This document shows, in pieces, positions 41,088 through 56,859 of a DNA stretch of 64,000 nt (the stretch's first letter is position 1; the number at the start of each line of letters is the position of its first letter). Source of the DNA: the human T2T-CHM13v2.0 reference genome, Homo sapiens; assembly GCF_009914755.1 (NCBI RefSeq), contig NC_060942.1. The stretch is one strand, 5' to 3'. Under the pieces are notes generated by a model. It ran no database searches, was not told where the DNA came from, and worked only from the letters and a program-made list of their open reading frames with translations. The translations under genes were made by a program, and so were the position numbers.

Positions 41088-42541
41088 TAAAAGCATTTGC
41101 CAGTGGTCATGGGTCCTTTATGTAAAAAAGTGGAGTTGCTTCTTACCTTCTCACTTCCACTCATTTGCCTCTGTGTTTTTTTGGGCAAGGAGTGAGTTTA
41201 GAGCTACCTATCAGAAAAGTGAGAAATTAGCTCATTAGCAGAATGCAAGCTTAATAATAGATAAAGAAAGACCACCAAGACTATTTATTGTCTAGACTAC
41301 TTACAGCCTTCCAGGTATTATCAGAGGTAATTTCTGCACACTATACCTCCAGCCAGAATCAATTATTCTTCCTGTTTGAAAAATTAAGAAAAATTAAGTG
41401 CTGATAACTAAATTCCTTAACCTGCCCAGCACCAGAAGATCATTCAAGAAGCTCACTGGAATTGCAGATACACTCCTGGGCTAAGAATATGGAGCTTTGG
41501 CTACCAAAGATGATTGCCCTAAGATATCTCCAAAGGGCTCATGTAGGGGTTGTTAGGTGATCTGCAAGGTAGGAACTCATTTTGGAAAATTACTATTTAT
41601 CTTTCAATGCATATAGTCTTAGAGTGTTCAAGTACTCCATTCCAGTGTATTTACCTATTGGGCATCTGTTAAGTCTTTACTTACACAAGCATTCTATGAC
41701 TAAGAACATTTTAAAACTACTGATTTTAGTCAACTGATTTTAGTGAACTCCTTTAGTTGACATTTGGGAAATAGATCCCAAAGTGGCTAAGAGGCTTCCA
41801 AAACATCACTCAAAATTTTGGAGGTAAAGCTAAAGACCAGCAATTATTTAAGTGGAGACGCATAGACTAGGTGTAAATTAGTAACACTTTCCTTCTGTTT
41901 TCACTTCAGTCATTTCATTCTTTTGGCTTCCCTTCTGTGTTCACACCACAAATCAAGCATGCTTTGTCCTTAATCTTCTGTGGGGAACCCGTTTTAATTC
42001 TCTACTGCCTTGTTGGGAAACCGTATCTGCCTAGAAGTTGCCCTGGAGTTTCTAGAACCAAACTCTATTTCTAATGGGATGAATTATTTATATAGCAGCA
42101 TTTTGTTTTTATTATTTAGCGCCTTTTTTTTTCTTTTCAAAATACATGTTTCTTTATCCAATACCTTATTTAGTCCTCACAACATCCCAGTGAGACAGAT
42201 GAAGCAGGTGTTAGTAAAGTACATCACACAAATAGCAAAGTGACTGTGCAGGTAGAACTTTAGGTGTTTTTCTTTTTTAAAAAAACAAGAGACATTTTCT
42301 GCTATTTCATTGTGTAGACGGGCATAGAAAGTCACTTTGGAATCTTCAAATCTGCCTCTTTTCTGAACAAACAAGTAATTCTTCTAATCAGGCAAATGTA
42401 AGATGTGAGGGGCTAAGCCTTTATATACTTTCAGCATCTTATAGTATGCTTACCTGGAAAAGAGATGAGGAAATTTGCATAGGTGCCAAGGGGTCCCCTG
42501 GCAGACAAGGGACACTCAGATTCTAAACAGATTCTCCTTTT

Positions 42542-43078
42542 CTTTTCATTAAAATGCTTTATTTTTATTATTTTGACACACAATAATTGTGCATATTTAT
42601 GGGATCCAGTGTGATATTTCAAAGTATGTATATTATGTGTAATGATCAAACCAAGGTAATTAGAATATCCATCACTTCAAACATTTATTTCTTAGTGTTG
42701 GAAAAATTAAAAATCTTCTTTTCTAGCTATTTGAAAATATATAGTAAATTGTTGTTAACTACAGTCACCCTACAGTACTATAGAACGCTAGAATTTATTC
42801 CTCCTATCTAGCTGTAATTTTGTATCTTTTAACCAACCTCTGTATATTCCCCTCTCCTCTCTACCTTTCTTAGCCTCCAGTAGCTACTATTCTACTCTCT
42901 ACTTTCTGTGAGATCAATTTGTTTGGTCCCCATTGTATGACTGAGAACGTGTGATGTTTGTGTTTCTGTCCCTGATTTATTTCACTTAATACAATGTTCT
43001 TCGGCCTCATCCATGTTGCTGCAAATGACAAGATTTCATTCATTTTTATGGGTGAGTAGCATTCCAATGTGTATGCGC

Positions 43079-43113
<35 letters not shown>

Positions 43114-44034
43114 CGTGTATATATATATGTATATATACATATATGTGTGTATATATGTATATATACATATATGTGTGTATGTATGTATATATACATATAT
43201 GTGTGTATATATGTATATATACATATATGTGTGTATATATGTATATATACATATATGTGTGTATATATGTGTATATATACATATATGTGCGTATATATGT
43301 GTATATATACATATATGTGTGTATATATGTGTATATATACATATATGTGTGTATATATGTGTATATATACATATATGTGTGTATATGTGTATATATACAT
43401 ATATGTGTGTATATATGTATATATACATATATGTGTGTATATATGTGTATATATACATATATGTGTGTATATATGTGTATATATACATATATGTGTGTAT
43501 ATATGTGTATATATACATGTATGTGTGTATATGTGTATATATACATGTATGTGTGTATATATGTGTATATATACATGTATGTGTGTATATATGTGTATAT
43601 ATACATGTATGTGTGTATATATGTGTATATATACATGTATGTGTGTATATATGTGTATATATACATGTATGTGTGTATATATGTGTATATATACATGTAT
43701 GTGTGTATATATGTGTATATATGTATATATACATGTATGTGTGTATATATGTGTATATATGTATATATACATATATATATGGGAAAAAGTATATATTCAT
43801 GTGTGTGTATATATGTGTGGGTGTATACACACACTTTTTCTTTTTCTTTCTTTCATCAATGGACACTGATCTTGATTCCATATCTTAGCTATTATGAATA
43901 GTGCTACAATAAACATAAGAGTACATATCTCTCTTAAACATTGTGATTTCCTTTCCTTTGGCTATATATGCAGTAGTGGGATTGCTGGATGACATGGCAG
44001 CTTTATTTTTAGTTTTCTGAGGAAGCTGTATGCT
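42542..44034 (-). mobile_element. L1MA-type 3' end (L1MA4/5-like), 5'-truncated, with a minisatellite inside
   Basis: TGTGTAATGATCAAACCAAGGTAATTAG...CAGTCACCCTACAGTACTATAGAAC; probable degenerate TSD AAACAGATTCTCCTTTT (42525-42541) / AAACATCCCCTTTT (44036-44049). Confidence 0.9.
43067..43781. repeat. 28-30-bp TA/TG/CA minisatellite (VNTR-like)
   Basis: Unit GTGTGTATATATGTGTATATATACATATAT and variants; strict purine-pyrimidine alternation. Confidence 0.97.
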
Positions 44035-47000
44035 GAAACATCCCCTTTTAGATCTTCTGTGATAGCTTAGCAGAGTCAACCAATGTCTGTTGGTGGGAAA
44101 TCACTTTAAACATCTGAAACTGTTGGTCTAGTCTCAACCCTGGGGCCTGGAAGTCTTGGGGGAGAGCCCAGAACTTGTGCTGCTAGGCATATGAGTGTAA
44201 CCACTGACAACTGTAACTCGGAGGTCACAAGTGAGGAGACCCACTATAGCCAACAGCAGAATGGAGACCAGAAGAGACACCAGCTCAGCCATAGAAAGAA
44301 CATAGAGGACTGTGTGGTATATGGCTGTTTTCATTTGGTGGCAATAGAAACAAAGGCAGCTCAACTGGGGCTCGCCAATAAACACATGAGGGCCCCAAAT
44401 TCTCTCTCTTCTGACATTTGAAATGAAAATTAGCCCATTTGACAGAAGTTCTTGGATAACTAAAGAAGCCTCAAGAGGAAAACACTAGACCCCTTGTTTT
44501 TATGAACATCCAGGATGCCCAGGAGAGTGTCCCTGGTTACGTATAAAGATGAGGTGAGATATAGATTCTAGGTAAGGAGTTGAAGGATTTTGCCCAAGGT
44601 CACATGGCTGGACAGATCCCAGCACTCAGCCTTCCTTTCCAGCCCCTTGCTAGTTCTCTAGTCGGCACAGCATGCTCGATTCACTGCTAATGACTCTGCT
44701 TTAACTACGCTCCCCATTCTCATGCCTCTGAGTGGAAATGTGACCTTGGAGTGGTGGCGAATCGTAAATCCTCCTGAGCCTTTCTGCTGCCCAAGCATTG
44801 GCTGGTTCCCATCTAATTTTTCATATTGTTAGGGACAGTTCTCAGAAACCATTAGATGTATCATCTAAGAGCCCTTAGGCACAGTTCTGAAATGCTGAGA
44901 ACTCTTGTCTTGCTTGTGGGAGTCTGGAGGCAAAAGATGATTCTCCTTCTCCAGAGCCTTCCTGAGAGGCTGACAGTAAGACCAGGGGCACCTTAAGGTT
45001 TCAGCAGAGTCTGCAGGGCCCCTGGGAGTGCCTTGTCCTGGCTCCCACAGACTTCCATTGTGGTTGGTAGTATGCATGATAATGGTAGTTTAGTTCTTTT
45101 CCCTTGAAGATAGCTTTTAAATGTGCTCTGTTGGCCTCTTGATGAAATAGCTTCATGCATATTAATGACATCTTTTATTTACTGAGCAGCACCATTAAGC
45201 ACTTTGAAATACCAGATTCCACCCAAGGTCTCCGGGGAGACAAGCCAATATCTCTAGACTTATTGGATGAATTGGAAACTGAGGAAACAAAAAAAGCTCA
45301 GTAACTTCCTAAAAGCAACACAGAAAGTCCCCAAGCTACATGTGCTGTCTGCCTAGCAGATGGTTATGGTCTTGATTGGGTAGTATTATATCAGGTTTCC
45401 GGCATGTCCATTCATTCTTATAACAGGCTTTTATTGAGCACTTGCCATGTGCACAGCACTATATAGGACACTGAGTGTGAAGGAAGGTGAATACAAGACT
45501 AATAAGACACAAAATGAAAGGGCAGACTCTATTTAAGAAACAGTCCGGTCTCTGCAAACCTGAGAGAGCGGTTAGAGTGTAGAAAGCAAGATCCAAAAGG
45601 TAAGATGGCAGCACACTGTTGAAGACTTTGAGGGATTGCTACTCCCACATGCTCATGCTCCTTGGCCCAAAAACTCTACTTCTAGAAATATAGCCAGGAA
45701 CAAAAATGAGTTAGACACAGGTGACTTGGAAAAGATGACCATTATGTAACATTTAATGGGGAAAAAAATCTTCAGACCAATGATTTTATTTTTATAAACT
45801 GCATGTGTAAATGTTTGGGATTGTATGCATATATTATGCATGTAGATAAATAGGTGGGCATAGATAGGTAGATAGATAATAAAAGATAAGTAAGAAAGAG
45901 AGGTAACTAGAAAATTAAGGAATTTCAGGAAGCGTATACGTACAACTAACGGCAATGTTGGCAGGGATAGAGGCACATTGTTGTTTCTAATTTCACATTG
46001 TATTTTAACAGTCAAGTTAGAGGTGATTTTGTTTGTTTTTTATTTTAAAAATAAAATACTCAAAAATTAATACCTAGAAGGCGTTGTCCCCAACCTCAAG
46101 GACCTTATAGCCTAGGACAGAAGACAAAGAAGCATTAACTACACTATCAGAAAGAATAAAACAAAGACACTATTAGCATATGAAGGATGTCTTTAATAAG
46201 TGTATATAAGATAAAAAGAAAAGGTGTATATAAGAAAAAGGTGCATATGTTGAAAGAAAGTTTCCTACCGGGAATGTTGGCCAATGACTTCTTTCTTCCT
46301 TTTCTAGAGTAATACCTGCTAGTGAATCCACTCTTTAGGTTCTAGGGCGGCTCCTCCCAGATCCACTCACCTAAGGAGGAAACTACAAGCCAGTCCCAAA
46401 TCCCCCCAAGTACCAAGTAAAGTGTCAAAGATGAACCAACTCTTTCTAGGCTCCCATTCCAATCCCACTGCCACTGTCCACTGTTGGAACAGAGACCTGT
46501 AGGTGTATTAGAGCTGATCTAGGGGAAGATTTTGGTAGCTTTGTTGATATGAATTTTCCCAGGGATGTTGAGCTTTGCTTGCCATGTGTCAAGGCTAACT
46601 AGAGATAAGGTAACATAAATGAACTTTTTACCATGTGTGTATGCAACCCCGGGCAGGATCCCTGAGGTGGCACACCTTGAGGGTGAGGAGGGCAAGCTAG
46701 GCTGATTCTCCTTGCAAGGTGCCTGCTGTGCTCTTGATGCTGCTGAAAATCATGCCCATCAGGGCAGAGACACATGTTGTACAGCAACAGTAAAAGATCA
46801 TAGACAAAAACACATGCGGAGGGTGGAGAGGGCAATGAAGAGTGCCTCATTCTGACCGAAAAATCTACGATGGCTTCACTGGGGAGGAAATTCTTGTGCT
46901 AATCATTGAAGGACTGAGTTTTAATTAGTAACGAACATGGGAAGGGTATTCTAGAAAAACAAAATGCAAAATTTAACATTCCAATAGGAGCTAACATTTA

Positions 47001-47080
47001 AATAGCCCTTACCCTGCCAGGTACTAACCAAAGATCTTCATATAGAGTGAATGAATGAATCCTTGTAACAATTCAATGAG

Positions 47081-47728
<648 letters not shown>

Positions 47729-47802
47729 TTCTAAATACTGCTATTATACCCATTTTACAGATGAGGAAACTGAGGCACAGAAAAGTTAAGCAATTTTCCT
47801 AG

Positions 47803-48149
<347 letters not shown>

Positions 48150-48814
48150 TCATGGAGGAAGAAAGTGGTAACACTAAGCTTCAACCCAGGGAACCTGGCT
48201 CTAGAGACTTGCTCCTACCCTCTGAGAACCTTTAAGTGGAAGAATAATGAGCTCCAGGAAGAATAATGAGTGAGACAGGAAAAGGAACAGCATGGAGCAC
48301 CCAAGGTGAAAAGTGCAGAGCAGCAACTCCCCTGGCATGGCTGCAATAGAGACAGCAGCCCTTGGGTGATGAGCTGGCACTGCAATGGGGTGGTCCTCGG
48401 CCACTGAGTAAAAGGCTAGGAACTTTATTTGAAGAATCAGGAAGCCACTGGACATGTTTTCAGAAAAGGGGTGACGTGCTCTGGCTGCTGTCTTGGGAAA
48501 ATGTCTCTGCTGAGGACAGGAAGGCTGAATGTGAGAGGAGCGAGAATGAAGATTTAGGAGGCCAGTTAGGTAAGAGATGCTGAGGGCCTGAATCAGGTGG
48601 AGTCATCTGAGTGAGAGAAGACAATGGAAACAAAAGGCCCTTTGTAGATAAGAAACCACTTTCTATCTGCTTCCGCTTGGCCACTGGGTCCCTGGTAGGA
48701 AGTGAATGGTGAAGACAGAGGTGCAGCCTGAAAACAGGCAACAGCCAGCAGAGGCTACCATCTCCAGGCAGTCCTCTGGCCTCTTCTCAGCCTTTGCTGA
48801 CTTATTTGATTTTC

Positions 48815-49134
<320 letters not shown>

Positions 49135-49389
49135 ACTTACCTGATTTTCAAAACAATCTTCCCCCATCAGCACCTTCTCCCAAAACTCTCCTTTTCCCAA
49201 CCTTGAAACTAAAAACTTCTGCATTCTACATGCCTAGGACAGTGTTTCAGAGCACTTTACTGCACAACAAAGCCAAAAGCAGCTGGCATGATTTTGGCTT
49301 TTTCTGGTCCAGGTCCTGGGGGAGGTGGCTTGAATAATTCCTGGGGGTTTGGGAGCAGATGACGCTAAGCCCAGGCCCAGTTTGCTCTA

Positions 49390-49900
49390 CTCCGTTTGTA
49401 ATTTCCTCACACTGTAAATTGTAGACATTGTAGCTGGGCACTCTCTTTATGGCTTACTTTCATCTTGAAATGTTCCCGTGCTACATTTTCATGTAACTTA
49501 TGCACCTCAAATGTTGTAAAAACTGCCGTAAAAGTCAATATAAATTCAATAATGTCACGTCAGTCAAAGGCGGCAGAGCAGCCCTTTTGAGCAAACAATT
49601 GGGAAACTAGAGGGAAAACTCGATTGCTCCATGTTGCAAATTGATTAAAGATATGAATCAGAAAATTAAAGGGCTTTTGGAGTTTAGGTTATTACTAACT
49701 GCTTTACTTTATGGAGCAATTACTTTGATTCTATCTTGAGTCCAGTAAAGCGACTGCCAGCATATGGTGAGATGGGGCCCTGTGTCTTTCTTATTAATGT
49801 GAATTACTCAAGATCAGGCTAAATGAATACATACATGCGTCTGAGCCATGTGAATTCACTTCTTAAGCACCGTATCTAAAATTGTAAAGAAATAATTTAT
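49390..49900. promoter_or_regulatory. Candidate developmental enhancer (HOX/CDX, TCF, SOX, MEIS/CRE motifs)
   Basis: TTTATGG twice (49446, 49708), CCGTAAAA (49526), TGTCACGTCA (49553), AACAAT (49594), TGATTAA (49642), CTTTGAT (49723) in repeat-free DNA. Confidence 0.4.
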
Positions 49901-50424
49901 ACTTAGGGTCATATCTCTATTAGCCTAAACCTGCAGGTTCTTCTCTGCCAGGAGTAGAAACCCTATTTTCAAAGAGTGAGATGTTGCAACAAGTCACCTG
50001 TATATTTAGTTTATATATTTTTAGCCTATGTTGGAAGTGCAGGGAAGCATGGGGTGGTGTTTACATGAGCTGGTTTGTGCTACTCCCAGGTTTGGCCTAT
50101 TGAGCTAAGTATTGAAATGTCAACCTCATCTGATTATCTCAGTATCTGAAAGTCCATAATGAGATAGCCATTCCTTTAGAGCTTAAACCTTTTTGTACTG
50201 AGCTCCTTGTATAAGTATCATAGGATTGAAAAAACTGGGGCTCAGAAAAAACCTTAGCAATAATTAATTTGGCCTTTTGGGCCTTGGCAGCCGGGAAGCT
50301 AAGAGCTAAATTTAATATTCAGTTGTAGTAATTACCCTGCAATGGATTCCTGGCCTAGCATAAGGCCAGGCACATTCAGTGGGTGCTCAGTGAGGGAAGG
50401 CTGAATAGAGGCATGAGAGATAAT

Positions 50425-50640
50425 GAATAATAGTCACGATTATTATTGCTTACTGTGAGTGAGAGCTTGCATGTGTGCCAAGTGCTTCACAAAAGTTACC
50501 ATAATTAATCCTAACAATAGTCTTCTCAGCCATTTTCATGACCATTTTACAGATAAAGAAGCAGGCTTGTAGAAGTTAAGAGACTGGTCCATGTTCACCC
50601 AGCTTGGATTTGAAATCAGACCTCTATGACCTCAGAACCA
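50425..50640 (-). mobile_element. MIR
   Basis: CCATTTTACAGATAAAGAAGCAGGC...GGATTTGAAATCAGAC. Confidence 0.7.
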
Positions 50641-51496
50641 GCAGTCACAGCTCCCACCCCAAAGAATGATCACATGGATGCTCACAAGGACTTAAAATGG
50701 GGAAACTAGGGTTACCCTGAGAGTTATTTAGAAAAACATCACATATCTGAACAGAGATTAGCTGTTCCTTGTAGAGAGAAAAGTTTCCAAACAAGAAGGT
50801 TTTGACTGTAAATGTATTCCGAGTTTTGAGTCATCTTTAGGAAAAATGGATCAAGAAGGAATGTTGTTCAGCAAGAGAAGCACAGACCCACTGGAAATCA
50901 AGGAGGCTGGTGTGGGAAGTAGCCACCCAGTTGTGGCTGAGAGACTGGGTGTCATAGCTGGGCCTTGCACATCACAGTTCTGTTGGCATCTGAATATACG
51001 TTCATTAATTGTCAGAATTCCCCTGTTCTGTTACTGTGCTCACCAAGAAGCCTTCCGGTTTGGTTTTGGCATCCCAGGTATGTCTGTCTACAGGCAGACA
51101 TGTACTGGCTATACCCAATCTGATTGGCACAAGAGTTATGGTATTCGGGGTAGATTAATTAATGAGGTGTCTGATTTATATAATGTCTCTGGGGTTAATT
51201 GGAGACCATTCCTGGCCAGCGTACTCATTCATGGGAGCTTACCAAACCGGGTTTCTGAGACTGCAAGGCTGAGAGTCAAATCCTGGACTGCCAAGTTCCG
51301 GAAGCTTAGAAGGCAAGTCTCCGAGCCCCCTGGGCAGCCCACCAATCTAGCCCTTCCTCAATATATAACTTCACATTTATTCAAATTTTTACAAATTACT
51401 TTATAAATTATTATGCTCTGCTTTCTTTAACAATGATTCTGAGTCTGCTGGTCACTATTTTATTTGTTCAGTTTTAGACATGTCTATGAATAGTTA

Positions 51497-51900
<404 letters not shown>

Positions 51901-53186
51901 TCAGCAAGAAAGATTATATGGCATCCCGCTCTGATCAGGGTACTGAAGGAATAAGGTACAGGGAAGTTATGGTAGAAAGAGGCAGAAAAAATAAGAAAGA
52001 CAGTTTTAAACTCTCTAAAATTTTTGCCAAAGGAAGACCCAATTGTCTCACATCTATTCATTCATCCATCTGTCTATTCATCCATCCATTCATTCATTCC
52101 AGCCAATACCTACCAATAAAGTGTCATGTGCCAAACAAACACTGTTGAGCCTAAGAATGTAAGTGGAAGGTGGTGATTCTGTCGGCAGGGCAATCCAACT
52201 CTTCTGGCTAAATACTTTATGCCATGTGCCATACTCAGACATACTCATCACACAATGAAATGAAGGGTGCCTCTCTCAAATTCCTGTGATTCCTTCCATC
52301 CTAACCTTTTCCTGCACCTCCTTTCTGCAGGAGGATCAAGGAGTGTATAACAGGCAATGGAGCAAACTTCTAATTGAGGTTTCCAGTTAGAAGTGGGAAA
52401 GGGGTTTGAGGTTTAGGCCCTGGGGATTCCTGTAGCCCTTGAATCATTTTATAACCCTGGCTTGCCTTATGTGTGAATACTTTTAAGAATGTAGCTGGAG
52501 ATTTTCCCTAGGACTTCATGGCAGCTGGAGTCTGTGAGGTCTCCACTGTGTTCTCTGTGTTGCAGCATCTGCTCATTCTTGTCTCTTATCACCATCGCTG
52601 TGACCTTTGTCTTACCATTTCTCCCTCAGACCCCATAATTATCTGATCTCTTGAATTTAACAGAGCTCTATGCAGTGTAATTTCATCAGAGGCAATGTCA
52701 GAAAAACAAAACCTGTTGGCCATTTGGGAATTTAGAAAGCTCTCTGAGCATCCTGTCTTCATGCCTTTTGATTGCTGTGCACACTCTGACTTGGCCTTTA
52801 CTTTCTGGTCACAACCAGCCACCAAGTGGCCAAGTAGAGTGTAGATGAAGGGAAGGTGTTTTCAGTAAGTGCTGCCAGTTTGCTCTGGAAACTGTATGCA
52901 GAAGAGATCATTTCCACACAATTTAACTCATCATTCCTTCATAAAATACTATCCACTCACTCAGTCACCAATCATCCATTTCTAATTATTCATTCATTTT
53001 TGTATTCATGTATTGAGTTCTGTTGAACACCTCTTCTACCAGACTAAAAGCTGGTGGAATTTTCAAGCTCCCATTCTTGGTATATTTTCTTCAAGAGCAT
53101 ATACTATTGTTTTGCTCTTTTAAAAGATGCTTTGAAAAGTAAGTCATGTTTCTAGAGCAGCTTCTGTGTAGATTCTTATTGAATGG

Positions 53187-53571
53187 GGTTATGGACTGAA
53201 TTGTGTTTCCTCCTGGTCACAAAATTCACTTTAAACCCACAATTCCCAGTGTGATTTTATTTGGTAGAGTCTTTAAGGAGACAATTAAAGTTCAATGAGG
53301 TCATAAAGGAGGGGTCCTAATCTAGTAGGACTTGTATCCTTACAAAAAGAGGAAGAGACACCAGGAATATATTCACATAGAGAGGAAAGGCCACGTGAGA
53401 ACACAATGAGAAGGTGCTGTCTGCAAGCCAAGAAGGGAGGCCTCGGGACAAAACCTACAAACACCTTAATCCTGGACTTCCAGCCTTCAGAACTGTGAGG
53501 AAGTAAATTTCTGTAGTCTAAGCCACCCAATCTGTGGTATTTTGTTAGGACAGCCTGAGTAGACTAATACA
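53187..53571 (+). mobile_element. MLT1B-like MaLR LTR
   Basis: GTTATGGACTGAATTGTG ... GACTAATACA; TSD AATGG / GATGG. Confidence 0.88.
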
Positions 53572-53734
53572 GATGGTAAGAAGGGATAATGTAGCATAGT
53601 CCTAGGTAATAAAAAACTTACAATATTAAATAATACATATTTTATATAGTGTATTGTTAGTATTAGTATCTTACAGTGATGTTAAATTTAAACTGTCTTT
53701 TCATAGGCTTACCTCATTTCAAACCTCTCACTAA

Positions 53735-54106
<372 letters not shown>

Positions 54107-56859
54107 TAAGACTTAACAGAGATAAGATAGCTTGTTCAGACCATCCAGTTTGAAAAAGAAGAAACTAGAAACTCAACTCTATATACCCCAAAGGACTGCC
54201 TTGCCTGCAGTGACAGGAAAACACCCATGATACAACCAAAGATGTTTTTCAGAGTGTCAGATTAACAGAACATCAAGTTTAATGTGTAGGTTCTTCCCAC
54301 CCTGACACCCTCTAGAATTTCAGCACACCCAATATAAAATCTGTATTCAAACACAAGGTAAATTCTAAGGCTATTTCGGCACTGTTAGCAGAATTACTAC
54401 TTTGTTTTAAAGGTTGTTTCAACACCAAACTCCCCGGTACAGTCAAAATTTGATTCTTTCTTTAGAAAAATTGATTTATACACATTTTCCATAAACACAT
54501 CTATTGTATAAAAAGTTATATAAGTTTGCGAGAATTGAGCAAGTAATGTTGAAGAAATGCTGATAAGGAGAGTAATGGTGTGTGGCTTCCTTCAACGGAT
54601 TGTGGAGGCCTGGACCTATGACCTAAACATCCTTGGGTTCTGGCCTCAGTTACTTATCTGTATTCAGATTTAGATGTGGGAGAGAGATTTGTTTTACAAG
54701 CATTTGTTGATTTCTCTGATAAACATATATAACTCTGTCTATTCGTTCTTCTAGAAATACAGTACTCCCCTTCTCATTCAGTAGTTCAAGTGAGATCTGT
54801 CATGCTCTAACAGATCTCACCCCCTGAACAAACTGGACCAATTATAGAATCTTAGCCTGCTGACATCAGTTGGTTATTCTGTTAATGTAGGCCTTTTTTT
54901 TTTTTTTTTCATATTAACACAGTCAAAGCACTTCTTCAGCATTTTTGAACTCAGGCTCCAAAAGAAATTCTCTGGTGCTGTGATACGAGGCACTGGAGTT
55001 GTAAGCAACCATGTCTCTCATGACCAAAGAAGCTCATCTATGTAGGAGAGAATGGAGCTGACACAGACAGAAGCATTGATGAGAGAGGAAGGTGGTGGAA
55101 TTACAATTCCTGATTCCTGGTGTCCCTGGGGCCCATAACATCCATGCCCTTCCAGCATCCAGTTGAGCTCTTAAGTTCTCCTTGTGCCTAAACTGGCTCT
55201 GGTTGAATTTGTCAGTAGGGAGCAAAAAAACCCCTTTCTATCAGTGAGGTTCTGAGAGTATATGTCAATAATCCATTGAGAAGATGGTAGCAGGATAATT
55301 TAGATTTGTGCAGTAAATGCTTAGCTGGCAAGAGTCACTGATTGGAAGAGGAAGGAAATGTAGGGAGGTGGCAAAAAAGCAACACCCTCTCTCAGTTTTG
55401 CCAAGGAAAAACTGTGCCTTAGAGAAGAAAGATCCTCCAACACAGAAAAAAGTCATAGTCATTGTCAAACCCATTTTATCGTCCCATAGCAAATACCGGA
55501 TGCTTTGATTTGATTGTTATTTCTTCTGTTCTTGAGACATGAGGGCCTGTCTGAGGTTCATGAAAGGCACTAGTGCATGCAGACAGTTCCTGATCCCTGG
55601 GCAGAAGGGATTTGAGCTTGATTATTCTTATCCCAGCATGAAACAGGAGGACTTGGCCTGTTCCCCCCGAGATCTCAGCCCTCATAAGACCCCTGGACCA
55701 CAGAATGTGGGACTAAAAAAGTTGGTTGAGCTTGTTCAAACAAAGTCTCAATTTCCCGACAAGCAGTTGGAACTTGGGGTTACATGTTGAGGTAGACTTC
55801 AGACTATTTTAATGGCATGCAGAGACATGGCTCTCCAACCAATTGGCATTCAGGAAATGTTTATCAGTTCTGACAGCCACAAGTTCCACCCTGGCCAATT
55901 TTAGCTCCTGTGACTGGAAGTGACTTGGATGTTTGAAATTCTGTAAAACACAAGCTAGTTTTGAAATGGAGCCACAGAACTTCAACGGTATTCTGGCTTA
56001 GCTCTTAGGCAATTTAGGTCAAAATTCTCCTCTCTCTTCTAAACAGGGAAAAGCTTCCCTGAAAGGACTGGTGATAAATTTTCAATAAATCTGCGGGGTG
56101 GAGGGAAATGAGAGAAGAAATTTTTAAATGATTTATGAACCTGAGTGAAATGATATTTTCATTGCTGTCCACGTTCCATAATTTTTCTCTTTTAAATTCC
56201 CTTTAGTGCCTTTTCAAGGAAATAGAAGAAAGGAGCCAGCGTCCTTTGGGGGTTACCTCTAAGATAGCAAGCACAGCACAGGACTACATATACACATGTG
56301 TCTGTTCATGTGTGTAAGCAGCTTCACTTGGGAGCAACCGATAACTCCATTTATAAGCGTGTTTGCCTCAGTATCAATAGAGAAGGAAATATATTTTATA
56401 TAAGTACATTTTTGGAGATGTTTCCTTCATTAAAAACTATTATAAAATTTTTTTTGCATAGTCATGCTCCAGCCTTTTTTTTTTTTTTATCTGCCCTGTA
56501 TGTACATGCAAAGGGTGGAGTATTGCTAACTGTGTGTGTGTGCCTGTGTGTGTGCTGAACATGCGTTGAGCAGCTGCTCTGGGTTTGTGCTATTTACTTT
56601 CTAAGCATTGTTTTTTTTTTAATATTCTCAAAAATTCTTGAAACAACTATTATAAAACATTCATTTGAGAAAAGACATAACTGATCTCAGAGAGGTTGAG
56701 TAACTGGTCTGAATTTCAATGAATGTGTGGTCTTTTAAGAAACATCTGGCCTCTCTGATTTTATCTCCTCTTCTGTCTGATGAATAGTCTCTCTCCTTAC
56801 ATCCAGGCACAACCCTTGACAGCAATGAATGGTATAATTCCTTTAGAAAATATCTATTT

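Noticed and set aside
43067-43781. Regularly spaced ~30-bp units as a CRISPR-like array
   Set aside because: Units are contiguous with no unique spacers, and the DNA is primate.
42870-43901. Six ORFs of 262-300 aa rich in Y/I/H/T/C/V
   Set aside because: Artefact of the RY-alternating minisatellite, which cannot encode stop codons.
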